A stretch of DNA of 64,000 nucleotides from Candidatus Atabeyarchaeum deiterrae (GCA_037310415.1 CP147780.1:256001-320000), one strand, 5' to 3'. Counted from the first letter of the stretch, positions 19,501 to 29,447 are shown. Notes: generated from the letters alone by a model not told the origin. Program-made: numbers and translations.

Positions 19501-19899
19501 CCCACATCAATAAGGGTAGTCCCTGCATATAAGCTTAGGTAATCTCAGCGACATACAGAGGTATTACACCTTGCCATCTCTTTATAACATTAACTATTCT
19601 CTGGCTTAATGCAGAAAATCTTGGGTTCAGATCTGGACAGAAAAGTGCTGCTTCACAGGAATGCAGTTCTGAACGCCGATCGATGTGCCCACCTGGTCTT
19701 TCTCACAGAATTCTCCGCTTGAAAATAGTTGATAATCTGGGAATAGTTGTTCCCAGATTTGGGGTTATTTCCATTGGCATAAGATATGGGACGGAACTTG
19801 GCGTTGGTATAGAGGTGAGAACGCCAGAAGAAGAACCAGTGAGGATGAGAACGGGAAGCACCATCATGCAACCAAACCGTCGGGTTAACAATGGAGCTT

Positions 19900-20208
19900 T
19901 CATCCACCCGATATTGGAGGGAGTATCGCTATCACGTCATTGTCCCTAACCATAGTGTTCAGGTTTTCAAGGTTTCTTATGCTCTGCCCGTTGATCATTA
20001 TTGACACCTGAGATCTCGTCGATTTGCAGTCACGTCCTTCGAACATGTAGTCTCTGAATTCCTTCCCGAGCGCTTTTGAGAGGTCTTCAAGGATCTCAAG
20101 TACCGTTGTCTTCTTCCTTGGTAACCGTACTTTCATCTCCCTTTTTCCAGCTATGTCTCTAAGGGCTGCGAAGAATTTCACTGTTGCGGTTTCCATCATC
20201 TTCACCAT
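19900..20208 (-). CDS. MoaD/SAMP ubiquitin-like sulfur carrier
   Basis: VKFFAALRDIAG ... IMING ... AILPPISGG C-terminal diglycine. Confidence 0.92.
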   Translation of the reverse strand: MVKMMETATVKFFAALRDIAGKREMKVRLPRKKTTVLEILEDLSKALGKEFRDYMFEGRDCKSTRSQVSIMINGQSIRNLENLNTMVRDNDVIAILPPISGG

Positions 20209-20231
20209 TACTGCCCAGTTTCAATATTCAC

Positions 20232-21791
20232 CTATTCGGGTGTCTTCTTTCTCTTTTTGTTAAGCATACGCCATGTTAGGCAAAGTGTTCTCGGATGAGC
20301 TGCTTTCGGTTCATCTAGTCTTCTTCTCGATGTGTTGAAGGGTGCTTCGTGAAGCTTTTGCGGGCAGCTGTGGGCCTCTTTCACTGTTTCCTCTATTACT
20401 TCTACGAAGTTGTCAAGGTCTTCCCTGGTTGCTGATTCTGTGGGCTCCACCATCAGTGCTTCATCGACTATTGAAGGGAAGTATATGGTAGGTGCATGAA
20501 TCCCATGGTCTAGGAGGTTCTTTGCGACGTCTAGGGTTGTGACTCCCGTTTCCTGCTTGAGTTTCGCCCCGCTAAGGACTGATTCATGCTTCCTAGGTTT
20601 TGCGTCCAACGGCGGTTTCAATGTCAGCAGTCTTGAGAGTCCCGAAGCAAGGTAATTGCTATTTAGCACGGCAATATCACCTGCGGTGGATAGACCCTCC
20701 GCGCCCATCGTAAGGATGTATGTGAATGCCCTTACCAGAACTCCGAAGTTTCCGTAGAATCCTTTCATTTTTCCTATTGATTGAGGACGGTTATAGTCGA
20801 GAAAATAGCGCCCTTCTTGAAATTCGACTGTTGGAATCGGTAGGAATTTCTCAAGTGGTTGGGTAACACCTACTGGCCCCGCTCCTGGTCCGCCTCCGCC
20901 ATGCGGTGTAGAGAAGGTTTTGTGAAGGTTCATGTGAACTATGTCAAATCCCATGTCGCCTGGACGAATTCTTCCAAGAATCGCGTTTAGATTTGCTCCG
21001 TCGTAGTGCAGTAATCCTCCAGCTTCGTGGACTACTTCGACTATCTCTTCAATGTCTTCCTCGAATAGCCCCAAGGTGTTCGGGTTGGTGATCATTAGCC
21101 CCGCAGTCTTCTCTGACACCGCCTGTCTTAGTGCTTCTACGTTCATACATCCATTCTCGTTAGATGGAATTGTTATTACGTCAAAGCCACCCATTGCCGC
21201 ACTCGCGGGGTTTGATCCGTGTGCCGAGTCCGGTATTAGCATTTCAGTTCTTCTGTCAAGCTCGCCGTTGAGTTTGTGGTATGCTCTAATTGTTCGGATT
21301 CCCGTAAATTCCCCATGCGCACCGGCTGCGGGCTGAAGAGTCACTCGACTCATCCCCGTTATCTCGGCGAGCCACTTCTCCAACTTGTACATTATTTCCA
21401 AGGCACCTTGAACCGTGTCTGGATCTTGGTACGGGTGTATCTCTCTTAATTTCTCTAGACCAGCCACGACTTCATTGATCTTCGGGTTATATTTCATTGT
21501 GCAGGAGCCAAGTGGGTAGAACCCGCAGTCTACGCCGTATGTCATTTGTGATAAACGGGTGAAGTGCCTTACGACCTCAACTTCAGAAAGCTGTGGCAAC
21601 TGCGGCGGTGTCTTTCTGCGCATCGTTGGTGGAACTAGCGTGTCAACTTCGCCTACTAGCTTTCCTATTTCTTCGGGGATCTGAGGTACCTTGAAACCAG
21701 TTCTTCCATCACCACCAAGATCGAATATCAAGGGTTCACACCATTTTGCCTGTCTGAATCCACTTCGGTTTCCCGTCATGACGATCACCAA
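20232..21791 (-). CDS. gcvPB: Glycine dehydrogenase (P protein) subunit 2
   Basis: YPLGSCTMKYNP, QPAAGAHGE, NLHKTFSTPHGGGGPG (PLP Lys). Confidence 0.96.
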   Translation of the reverse strand: MVIVMTGNRSGFRQAKWCEPLIFDLGGDGRTGFKVPQIPEEIGKLVGEVDTLVPPTMRRKTPPQLPQLSEVEVVRHFTRLSQMTYGVDCGFYPLGSCTMKYNPKINEVVAGLEKLREIHPYQDPDTVQGALEIMYKLEKWLAEITGMSRVTLQPAAGAHGEFTGIRTIRAYHKLNGELDRRTEMLIPDSAHGSNPASAAMGGFDVITIPSNENGCMNVEALRQAVSEKTAGLMITNPNTLGLFEEDIEEIVEVVHEAGGLLHYDGANLNAILGRIRPGDMGFDIVHMNLHKTFSTPHGGGGPGAGPVGVTQPLEKFLPIPTVEFQEGRYFLDYNRPQSIGKMKGFYGNFGVLVRAFTYILTMGAEGLSTAGDIAVLNSNYLASGLSRLLTLKPPLDAKPRKHESVLSGAKLKQETGVTTLDVAKNLLDHGIHAPTIYFPSIVDEALMVEPTESATREDLDNFVEVIEETVKEAHSCPQKLHEAPFNTSRRRLDEPKAAHPRTLCLTWRMLNKKRKKTPE

Positions 21792-21843
21792 GAGGTTTTC
21801 TTATTCTCGTATCCTAGTATCCTCAGTTTTGATGCTGCTCCTG

Positions 21844-23253
21844 TTACTGCTCCGCTTCCATGATTTCCTCAGCAGCAAGTATCAGTTTGTCTATATCTTC
21901 TTTCGAGTGTGTCTCTGTTACACAGAGTAGCGCAGTGTTTCCAAGCTCTGGGAACTCACTGTCGATTGGGTGCCCTCCCTGTATTCCTCGATTCAGTAGC
22001 TCCTTGTTGAAAGTGTGAATGGACTTTCTTGACTCATCAATATTAACAGTGAACTCCTTGAAGTGTGAAGACTTGAAAACCGGAGTTCTTAAGCCCTTGA
22101 CCCTGCTGAGTTTCCTGATTGAATAGTTCGTTTGTGTAAGAATTGTTTCGCCAACTTCTCTGATTCCTCTTGCCCCTAGAAGGGAACAGTAGATTAGCGC
22201 GGCTAAGGCACAGAGCGCTTCATTGCTTGTGATATTTGAAGTTGCTTTCTCTCTTCTTATGTGCTGTTCCCTGGTCTGCAGAGTCAGCACAAATCCAGTC
22301 TCATTTCCGTCCAGTGTAGTAGTCAGACCAGTTATTCGCCCCGGCATCTGTCTCATCATTTTCTGGTCATCTCTGCAGCTGAATATCCCGAGAAGCGGTC
22401 CACCAAAATTCATGTGGTTTCCAAGAGGTTGGCCTTCTCCAATGGCCACGTCAGCGCCATAGTCTCCCGGAGGGCGAATAACCCCAAGCGATATTGGGTC
22501 TACCCCTGCAATGAACAGACTCCCTTTCTCATGGGCTATTCTTGAAATCTCGTCAGCTTGTTCCTCAATGAATCCAAGATAGGACGGGATTTCAACGTAG
22601 ACTGCTGCTACGTCGTCTGAAGATTTGTCTCTCAGCTTCTGGAGAGAGAGTTGCCCACTTTCTTTGTCACAGGGTATTCTGTGTATCTTCATACCCGAGG
22701 CTTCTGTGTATGATTCAAGTACCTTGAGTCTATCCGGGTGGATTACGTATGGGACTAGAATATTGTTTCTCTGCGTCACCCTCTTTGCCAGCAAGGCTGC
22801 TTCTCCAAGCGCAGTGGACCAATCATAAAGAGAGCTATTGACTACATCCATGTCCAGTAGCTCTGCAATGACACTTTGGTATTCGAAAAGGGCTTGCAAC
22901 ATTCCCTGTGATATCTCAGCTTGGTATGGTGTATATGACGTCAAGAACTCGCCGCGGCTAACGATGGCATCTACTACTGCAGGCACGTAGTGAGGCCAGA
23001 CTCCCGCCCCAAGAAAAGTCTGCATCTCGCGTGTGCTTTTGTTCTTCTGGACTATTGACTGCACGGTGCGGAGGACTTCAATTTCGGATTGTGGAATCGG
23101 CAATCCCTTGAGTTCATGCCTGGGGATCCTCTGAGATATGTCTCGGTATAGCTCATCCATTCTGTTGATACCCATCTTCTTTAGCATATCTTCAACAGCT
23201 TTCTTGGAAGAGTTTGGGACATAAGGATTTGAGTTATCGTTCATGTTATTCAC
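21844..23253 (-). CDS. gcvPA: Glycine dehydrogenase (P protein) subunit 1
   Basis: FLGAG, YTPYQAEISQG, LQTREQHIRREKATSNI. Confidence 0.96.
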   Translation of the reverse strand: MNNMNDNSNPYVPNSSKKAVEDMLKKMGINRMDELYRDISQRIPRHELKGLPIPQSEIEVLRTVQSIVQKNKSTREMQTFLGAGVWPHYVPAVVDAIVSRGEFLTSYTPYQAEISQGMLQALFEYQSVIAELLDMDVVNSSLYDWSTALGEAALLAKRVTQRNNILVPYVIHPDRLKVLESYTEASGMKIHRIPCDKESGQLSLQKLRDKSSDDVAAVYVEIPSYLGFIEEQADEISRIAHEKGSLFIAGVDPISLGVIRPPGDYGADVAIGEGQPLGNHMNFGGPLLGIFSCRDDQKMMRQMPGRITGLTTTLDGNETGFVLTLQTREQHIRREKATSNITSNEALCALAALIYCSLLGARGIREVGETILTQTNYSIRKLSRVKGLRTPVFKSSHFKEFTVNIDESRKSIHTFNKELLNRGIQGGHPIDSEFPELGNTALLCVTETHSKEDIDKLILAAEEIMEAEQ

Positions 23254-23546
23254 GCACCTACTCTTGCCTACCTAGTCTTGGACCACCTTGCTTGGACGTC
23301 ATTTTGACGAGAATGTCAGCAACTGATCATGATACTCAGCATGATCATCGTGGTTTTTCTCGTATTCTAAATTGCTCCGTCATCTTAACGACTTTATTGC
23401 TAGTTGGTTCTTAAGTGTTATCAGTTAATGACTCACTTCAATCGCGTCTTGACATAGAGACTAGGCATTTATGTTTGCAGTGCAAAAAGCTTATTAAGTA
23501 ACTTCTCTTCAAATGAATTCTACTAACACGTGGTGGGTTTGCAGGG

Positions 23547-25337
23547 TTGAGAAGTAAAAGCTCCAGAACACTTTTGCTTGCCTCGCTGGTGTTGTGTCTA
23601 GTCACATTCTCTTGCATAGGGCATGCTGCTGTGATACCCACTTCTAGCCTCGCTACAAACAGTCCGTATCATAATGTCGATTCTGGAAATTACGCATTGT
23701 TTTCCCAGCGTGGACCTGTACCTCCCGACGAAAACGCGTCACTGCGCAATACTCATGTGGATCGAGTAATAAGCGTAGGAGACTACGGTCTTGTGACCGT
23801 GACGGATACTGTCAATGTCACCAATGTAGGAAGCTCAGTAGCGACTTCCTGGGTGTTTTACCTTCAACCCGATGTTTTTGGCAAACTGACGTACATTGCG
23901 GCATCTGCTGGAGGAACCAGCTTGGACGTGGTTGCAGCCCAGACTTTCTCGTCTTTCATTGGTATGAAGGTAAGATTAGTAGGGTTGCCTAGTGGCGGAC
24001 TCGCACCGGGCGCGTCCATCGAAATCAGTTTGGTTCAGGAGTTTTATGGACTGGTTAGAATATCATCTGGGAGCCTAGCACTGTACTACTACAAGTTCAT
24101 TGTCTCACCATACTTCACTACAATGCACAACACAACTCTCGAAGCTCCTTCTGTCGCTACTGCATTCTCTGGAGGTTCTGTATCACCTTTCAACTCTACC
24201 TTGCTAGGTACTTCCTCGGATGGTGGTTACACTATAACCGCTACTACATCCTTGATTGACGTAATCAGCATTGACCGCAGTGTTGTGCTCGACATTGGAG
24301 GCTATCTCACAACAACCGAAACACACCATGTGAAGAACCTTGGACCAAATTCCTTGCAGATTATCAATTTTACGATTCCGATTACCGAGATCAACGCGAG
24401 CCTGGAAGTTCGTGACAACTCAGGCAAACTACCGGCAACGGTAGTCGGAAATCTAGTCACGGCCCAATTCCCATACCCGGTACCAGAGAACAGTACATAC
24501 ACCTATCAAGTTACCTACAAGACACTGACAGTTGATTACAGAACTGTTGAAGGTGGACTTGAGGTCATCACAATGAGTCCCGTCACCGTGTACGGAGGTA
24601 TTGTGGATTTGGAGACAGTCTCTGTGACTTTGACGCCTGACGCAATTTTGTTTTCAGCTGGCCCAGCAGCCAATCATTACACTGTGACCAGTGGCAATAG
24701 TATAGTGATTTCCTTCACATTCAGGAACGTTACAATCCTGAATACGGGGAACATCGAATTTCGATTTGCTGAGAGTCTTGCCCAGACTCTCGCCCGTCCA
24801 ATTCTATTCACCCTAGGGGTCTACATAATAGGAATAATCTATGTAGCGATCAGAAGACTCCGTCGCAAGGCAGCTCCAGGAGGAGTCAAAAGAGAAGGTA
24901 TTGCAAAGGAACGTGAGCTTGCAGGAGCAATAAATGATTTCTGCACAGACTACGAGGAGAAAGTTGCTCTCACACTGGAAATAGAGGAACTTGGGAAAGA
25001 CAGAAGCAAGGGCAGAGTCAGCAAAAGAGCCTATGTGGAGAGAATGAATGTTGCCAGGAGACGACTCGCCATGCTTATGAATCGTCTCAGTGAACAAAAA
25101 GTGAAAATATCTGCGGTAAGCAGGAGGTATGCGACCATGATCAAGCAACTTGACACGTACGACGAAGAGCGGGAGAGCGCCAGAGCAAGCCTGGAGAATC
25201 TGGAGTTTAGAAGGCGACAAGGCAAAGTCTCAGGTGACGTGTATAACCGCCTCAAATATGATATCACAAAGAAGATTGAGAAAGCCACATCAGGAATCGA
25301 CAGGACAATAGTCGAATTACGACAGGAAGCCGTTTAG
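23547..25337 (+). CDS. Ribophorin-I (OST1)-like type I membrane protein
   Basis: Signal peptide, two beta-rich luminal repeats (V-R-I---DYG---VTDTV-V-N / IDRSV---GG----ETH-V-N), many NxS/T sequons, single TM, C-terminal cytoplasmic helical bundle. Confidence 0.65.
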   Translation: MRSKSSRTLLLASLVLCLVTFSCIGHAAVIPTSSLATNSPYHNVDSGNYALFSQRGPVPPDENASLRNTHVDRVISVGDYGLVTVTDTVNVTNVGSSVATSWVFYLQPDVFGKLTYIAASAGGTSLDVVAAQTFSSFIGMKVRLVGLPSGGLAPGASIEISLVQEFYGLVRISSGSLALYYYKFIVSPYFTTMHNTTLEAPSVATAFSGGSVSPFNSTLLGTSSDGGYTITATTSLIDVISIDRSVVLDIGGYLTTTETHHVKNLGPNSLQIINFTIPITEINASLEVRDNSGKLPATVVGNLVTAQFPYPVPENSTYTYQVTYKTLTVDYRTVEGGLEVITMSPVTVYGGIVDLETVSVTLTPDAILFSAGPAANHYTVTSGNSIVISFTFRNVTILNTGNIEFRFAESLAQTLARPILFTLGVYIIGIIYVAIRRLRRKAAPGGVKREGIAKERELAGAINDFCTDYEEKVALTLEIEELGKDRSKGRVSKRAYVERMNVARRRLAMLMNRLSEQKVKISAVSRRYATMIKQLDTYDEERESARASLENLEFRRRQGKVSGDVYNRLKYDITKKIEKATSGIDRTIVELRQEAV

Positions 25338-25381
25338 AAACGCGTCCAAGGAACAGATGTTGTTTAACTAAAAAGATGTCA

Positions 25382-25397
25382 GAAAAAGTTTTTAACC
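25382..25397 (+). promoter_or_regulatory. BRE/TATA of the ferredoxin gene
   Basis: GAAAAAGTTTTTAACC; GGAGGT RBS before ATG 25463. Confidence 0.5.
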
Positions 25398-25462
25398 ACC
25401 GACCTTTAGTCTCTTTCTCGTTGCATCTATCATACTTCAGCCAATAGGAGGTAATTGACACA

Positions 25463-25651
25463 ATGCCAAAAGTCAATGTTGACAACGACAAATGCACTGG
25501 TTGCGGAACATGCGTCGATGTGTGTCCCCAAACAGTCTTCGAGCTTGATAACGAAGCAGGTAAGACAAAAGTCATAAACGAGGGCGAATGCTTAGCATGC
25601 AGAGCATGCGAGTCCCAGTGCGAGAATCAGGCGATCAACATAGAAGAGTAA
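25463..25651 (+). CDS. 2x[4Fe-4S] ferredoxin
   Basis: CTGCGTCVDVCP and CLACRACESQC. Confidence 0.93.
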   Translation: MPKVNVDNDKCTGCGTCVDVCPQTVFELDNEAGKTKVINEGECLACRACESQCENQAINIEE

Positions 25652-25791
25652 GGAAGGGGACAGAAAATCGCACTTATCGCCCTTCTTATTTCAGTTAGTG
25701 TTTTCGCACATACGGGAAAGACGGATTCCCTCCCATGAAAGGGAATCCTCAGAAAATGATTTTAGACCGTGAGCAATATAGTCATTCAGGG

Positions 25792-25926
25792 AGCCCCGTG
25801 GTCTAGCGATCCGAAGTCTGAAGAGGACTTGGGCTGGAAGCCAATGATGGCGGGCTTTGGACCCGTTGACGGGAGTTCGAATTGTCCGACGAATTTGTGG
25901 AGACGAAATTCTCCCCGGGGCTACCA
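25792..25926 (+). tRNA. tRNA-Gln(TTG) with two introns (25809-25839 at 18/19; 25882-25909 at 59/60); encoded CCA
   Basis: Spliced 76-nt product AGCCCCG TG GTCTAGCG|GCCAATGAT G GCGGG CT TTG GA CCCGT TGAC GGGAG TTCGAA|T CTCCC CGGGGCT A CCA; A1-U72 typical of archaeal tRNA-Gln; BHB helices CTAG/CTGG and TTCG/CGAA. Confidence 0.92.
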
Positions 25927-26091
25927 TTTTTCTTCTGCCTTGATCGGTCAACTTTCTGGACGCATCACAGGTCTCTGCATAAAGCATTAAATACGGTTAG
26001 CAAAGGTACAAATTACTGTCCATCAGAAGCTCCAATCTACCGATCTCGTGGGGTTGTGATATTCGGTCAGAACCTAAGGATATGAAGCCAT

Positions 26092-27450
26092 GTGAGGTCA
26101 CCCGAGATGCTGGAGAAGAGTCTCATCGATGAGTACGTAAAGCGGACGCCTCGATCCAAAGAGCTGTTCGAAAGAGCAGTGAAACTTACTCCTAGTGGTG
26201 TAAGTCACAATATCCGTTTCTTTCACCCTTATCCCTTCTTTGTCAAGAGCGGTAAGGGGTCTCGCTTGCACGACATTGATAACAATTCCTATACTGATTA
26301 TTGGATGGTCCACATGGCCGCAATTCTCGGTCATGCGCATCCAGAGGTTGTTCGAGCCGTTTCCAAGCAAGTTACCAAAGGCTTCCACTACGGAACTGTG
26401 AATGAAGTAAGTGTGGATCTAGCAGACGTAATTTGTAGGAATCTTCTATGTGGTGACATGCTAAGGTTCTGCAACAGTGGAATGGAAGCTACGCACTATG
26501 CTGTCAGATTGGCTAGAGGTTATACGGGCAAGAAAGTTATCTTGAAAATGACTGGCGGGTGGCATGGCGGCAATGAGCTACAAGTTGCTGTCACCCCTCC
26601 TTTTGACAAAGTGGAGTCGATGGGACTTCTTGATGAGCTATCAAGGTTTGTCATAGCAGTTCCTTTCAACGATATCGATGGAACCTCATCGACTCTCAGG
26701 AGGTACTCTGGTCAGGTTGCTGCCATAATTGTGGAGCCGATGCTCGGCGCCGGGGGATGCGTACCTGCCGAGAAGGATTACTTGAAGTACTTGAGAGAGG
26801 CCGCTGACAGAGAAAGTGTGTTGCTGATCTTTGATGAGGTTATAACTGGCTTCAGGGTTTCGTTAGGATCGGCGCAAGGGTATTTCAACATTAAACCCGA
26901 CCTGACTACATTAGGAAAGGTTATTGGTGGTGGTTTACCAATCGGAGCTTTGGCAGGTGTACGTGAAGTAATGAAGTTGAGTGATCACACCAGTGGGGGT
27001 GGAAAGGGAAGCTATGTCTGGATCGGCGGAGGAACCTTCTCAATGAATCCTATGTCGATGACATCAGGTCTTGCAACACTAAGACATCTGACTCGGAATC
27101 CAGAGTCATACGATTATATCGGAAAGCTCGGGGAGGCTGCACGCATGGGCATTGATAAACAGTTTTCCGACCGCGGTATCCACACGAAAAGCATCGGTCT
27201 GGGTTCTCTCTTTCAAACCCACTTTCTGCGCGAAGAGGGATTGGATGTTAAGAACGCCGAAGACAAATCGGCAAATACTATAAGAGAGAAGCTGGCTGAG
27301 TTTCATTTCCGGCTCCTACTTGAAGGAATCTTCTTCCTTCCGGAACACGAAGGAGCCATCTCGACCGTGCATAGTAAAAAGGACATTGCAGAGCTTGCTG
27401 AGGCATCAGGAAGAATAGCTGAGGCGATGCGCGAAAAAGAGGATCGTTAA
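26092..27450 (+). CDS. Class III aminotransferase, glutamate-1-semialdehyde aminomutase-like
   Basis: FCNSGMEAT, LIFDEVITGFR, TTLGKVIGGGLP, GGTFSMNP. Confidence 0.85.
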   Translation: MRSPEMLEKSLIDEYVKRTPRSKELFERAVKLTPSGVSHNIRFFHPYPFFVKSGKGSRLHDIDNNSYTDYWMVHMAAILGHAHPEVVRAVSKQVTKGFHYGTVNEVSVDLADVICRNLLCGDMLRFCNSGMEATHYAVRLARGYTGKKVILKMTGGWHGGNELQVAVTPPFDKVESMGLLDELSRFVIAVPFNDIDGTSSTLRRYSGQVAAIIVEPMLGAGGCVPAEKDYLKYLREAADRESVLLIFDEVITGFRVSLGSAQGYFNIKPDLTTLGKVIGGGLPIGALAGVREVMKLSDHTSGGGKGSYVWIGGGTFSMNPMSMTSGLATLRHLTRNPESYDYIGKLGEAARMGIDKQFSDRGIHTKSIGLGSLFQTHFLREEGLDVKNAEDKSANTIREKLAEFHFRLLLEGIFFLPEHEGAISTVHSKKDIAELAEASGRIAEAMREKEDR

Positions 27451-27462
27451 AGAATCCTACGC

Positions 27463-28212
27463 TTACCGCGGCTTTCTTCTTTTTCTCTCGGAGATCTCTG
27501 TCTTCAAGTTGAAGGGTTTACCTTCATTCAGTACACTCTGAGGCAGTTTATTCGACCATCTCTTCAGAAATGCGATGTCTTCATCTACGTTCCTCAAGTC
27601 GTCAGGCAGCATGTGAGGAATGGTTTCGATTACGGGATACCACCTTTGACATTTGCCACAAATGATCAACCCTTCTTCAATCTCGGTCAAGAAGAAATAC
27701 CAATTCAACAAATACATTTCTGGTAAGATGTCTTGAAGGATTTTCTTTCCTTCTGCTAGGCTGATCACGTCTTTCGCTGATTGAACGACTTTGATGGTCT
27801 TGCTTACCTTATCTGTTGCTTTAGATCTCACTTGGTCCAGGACCGTGGTTGCGGATGTGTTGGTTGCGTCGGTGATGGTTTGCGCCGACCTGATTTTTCC
27901 ATTTAGATCCCCCAAGTATTCGGGAAGCGATTTCTTTTCTCGAGAAAACTCGTCCTCAATTTCGATGAACCTGTCTTCGGAGAACTTCACACATTTATCC
28001 CTTTTGCCGTTGGGGAGTGTCAATACACAGCTACTTTCAAGTGCTGATAGCTGACGACTCTTGAATGCTGATTCAATCTGGGAAAAGGCTTTTTCGTTAG
28101 TCTCCCACTTGAGTATCTCAAGATCAAGAGGGTAGTGCTTGCAGATTGGACAAGCCAATATGTCAAGAAGCCATATTCTCATTGTATGTTTCCACAACCA
28201 TCCTTTTGACAC
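27463..28212 (-). CDS. Trm112-like methyltransferase activator with large helical insertion (start probably ATG 28182)
   Basis: LLDILACPICKHYPL ... EIEEGLIICGKCQRWYPVIETIPHMLPD. Confidence 0.85.
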   Translation of the reverse strand: MSKGWLWKHTMRIWLLDILACPICKHYPLDLEILKWETNEKAFSQIESAFKSRQLSALESSCVLTLPNGKRDKCVKFSEDRFIEIEDEFSREKKSLPEYLGDLNGKIRSAQTITDATNTSATTVLDQVRSKATDKVSKTIKVVQSAKDVISLAEGKKILQDILPEMYLLNWYFFLTEIEEGLIICGKCQRWYPVIETIPHMLPDDLRNVDEDIAFLKRWSNKLPQSVLNEGKPFNLKTEISERKRRKPR

Positions 28213-28228
28213 TAGGTTTAGGAGTGCT

Positions 28229-29359
28229 TCACGTTCTTATGACTTTTCCTTGTTCTACTGTAAGACCGGGTTCCAATCTGACGCCAGGACCTATTACGAC
28301 ATTCTCGCCCAATGTGCATCCTGCACCTATTATAGCTGACGAGTCTATCTCGGTGTTGGATCCTATTTTACATCTCTCATCTAGAATACATTTGCTCAAC
28401 GAGACTCTTGTATGAATTTCGGTTGAGCCAAACACTATGGCACTGTCTAGTCTTGAGTTTTCTCCCACGTTGACCCTACGTTTGAGCATTGTTCCAGGGG
28501 TTATCTGTGTCCCCTTCCCTATCGTACATGAATCCTCGATGAATGCTGGTCCCTGAATTCTGACATCTGTTTCAAGAATCGTTCCGTCTCCTATCCAAAC
28601 CGGGCCCTTGATTGTGGCGCGATTAACGTCGGCTGTACGCGAGATCGAATGACCAAGTTTATCCAGAAGCCAAGCTGATGCCTCGAGAAATCCTTCGACA
28701 GTCCCGATATCCGTCCAGAAACCTGCTGCCCTAAAGCCATAAAGGGGTATTCCCGTTTCAATGATGAGAGGGAAGACATCATTTGCGAAGTCAAAAGGCT
28801 TGTTTCTCGGGATCAGATTGAGTACATCGGGTTCGAGAAAATACATGCCAGTATTTGCCAGATTGCTTTGACACTCCTTCGGCGAGGGCTTCTCTTTAAA
28901 GTCTATAACCTTGTTCTCTTCATCCAGCTCCACGACACCATATCTCCAAGGTTTCTCGACTGGAACAACACCTAGTGTGACCAAGGATCTCTTTTCCCTG
29001 TGATATGCCAGTTGCTCAGCTAAGTTGATATCTGTCACGCTATCGCCTTGTATCACGGCAAAGGTCTCGTCCAGATATTTCTCAGCATTCTTAACTGAAC
29101 CAGCTGTTCCAAGAGGGCTCTCTTCTCGAGGATAACGTAAGCTCACTCCAAACTTCGAACCGTTGCCAAAGTAATTCTCAATCTGCTCGCGAAGATAGTT
29201 AGCCGTGATAACTATTTCATCAAAACCCTGTTTAGAGAGTGATTCGATCAAATACTGTAGAACGGGCTTCGGTCCCACAGGTAGTATTGATTTAGGTCTT
29301 GAATACGTCAAGGGGCGGAGTCTTGTGCCAAAGCCTCCCGCAAGTATCACGGCTTTCAA
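28229..29359 (-). CDS. NDP-sugar pyrophosphorylase (mannose-1-P guanylyltransferase-like) with LbH domain
   Basis: KAVILAGGFGTRLRPLT--RPK, PLGTAG, EKP, WTDIGT, hexapeptide tail. Confidence 0.92.
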   Translation of the reverse strand: MKAVILAGGFGTRLRPLTYSRPKSILPVGPKPVLQYLIESLSKQGFDEIVITANYLREQIENYFGNGSKFGVSLRYPREESPLGTAGSVKNAEKYLDETFAVIQGDSVTDINLAEQLAYHREKRSLVTLGVVPVEKPWRYGVVELDEENKVIDFKEKPSPKECQSNLANTGMYFLEPDVLNLIPRNKPFDFANDVFPLIIETGIPLYGFRAAGFWTDIGTVEGFLEASAWLLDKLGHSISRTADVNRATIKGPVWIGDGTILETDVRIQGPAFIEDSCTIGKGTQITPGTMLKRRVNVGENSRLDSAIVFGSTEIHTRVSLSKCILDERCKIGSNTEIDSSAIIGAGCTLGENVVIGPGVRLEPGLTVEQGKVIRT

Positions 29360-29447
29360 TCGTCCACCATCTCTGCTTGTGGTTCATTGCCTTCGTGCGG
29401 TTGTCTTGATCATGGCTCAGTTGGAATAACGACCTGTTTACTTATCC

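Noticed and set aside
19653-19907. Short ORFs downstream of the MoaD/SAMP gene
   Set aside because: Overlapping alternative frames with no recognisable motif; a real one cannot be chosen
25691-26085. Three short ORFs (98, 73 and 67 aa)
   Set aside because: They overlap the intron-containing tRNA-Gln and have no protein motifs
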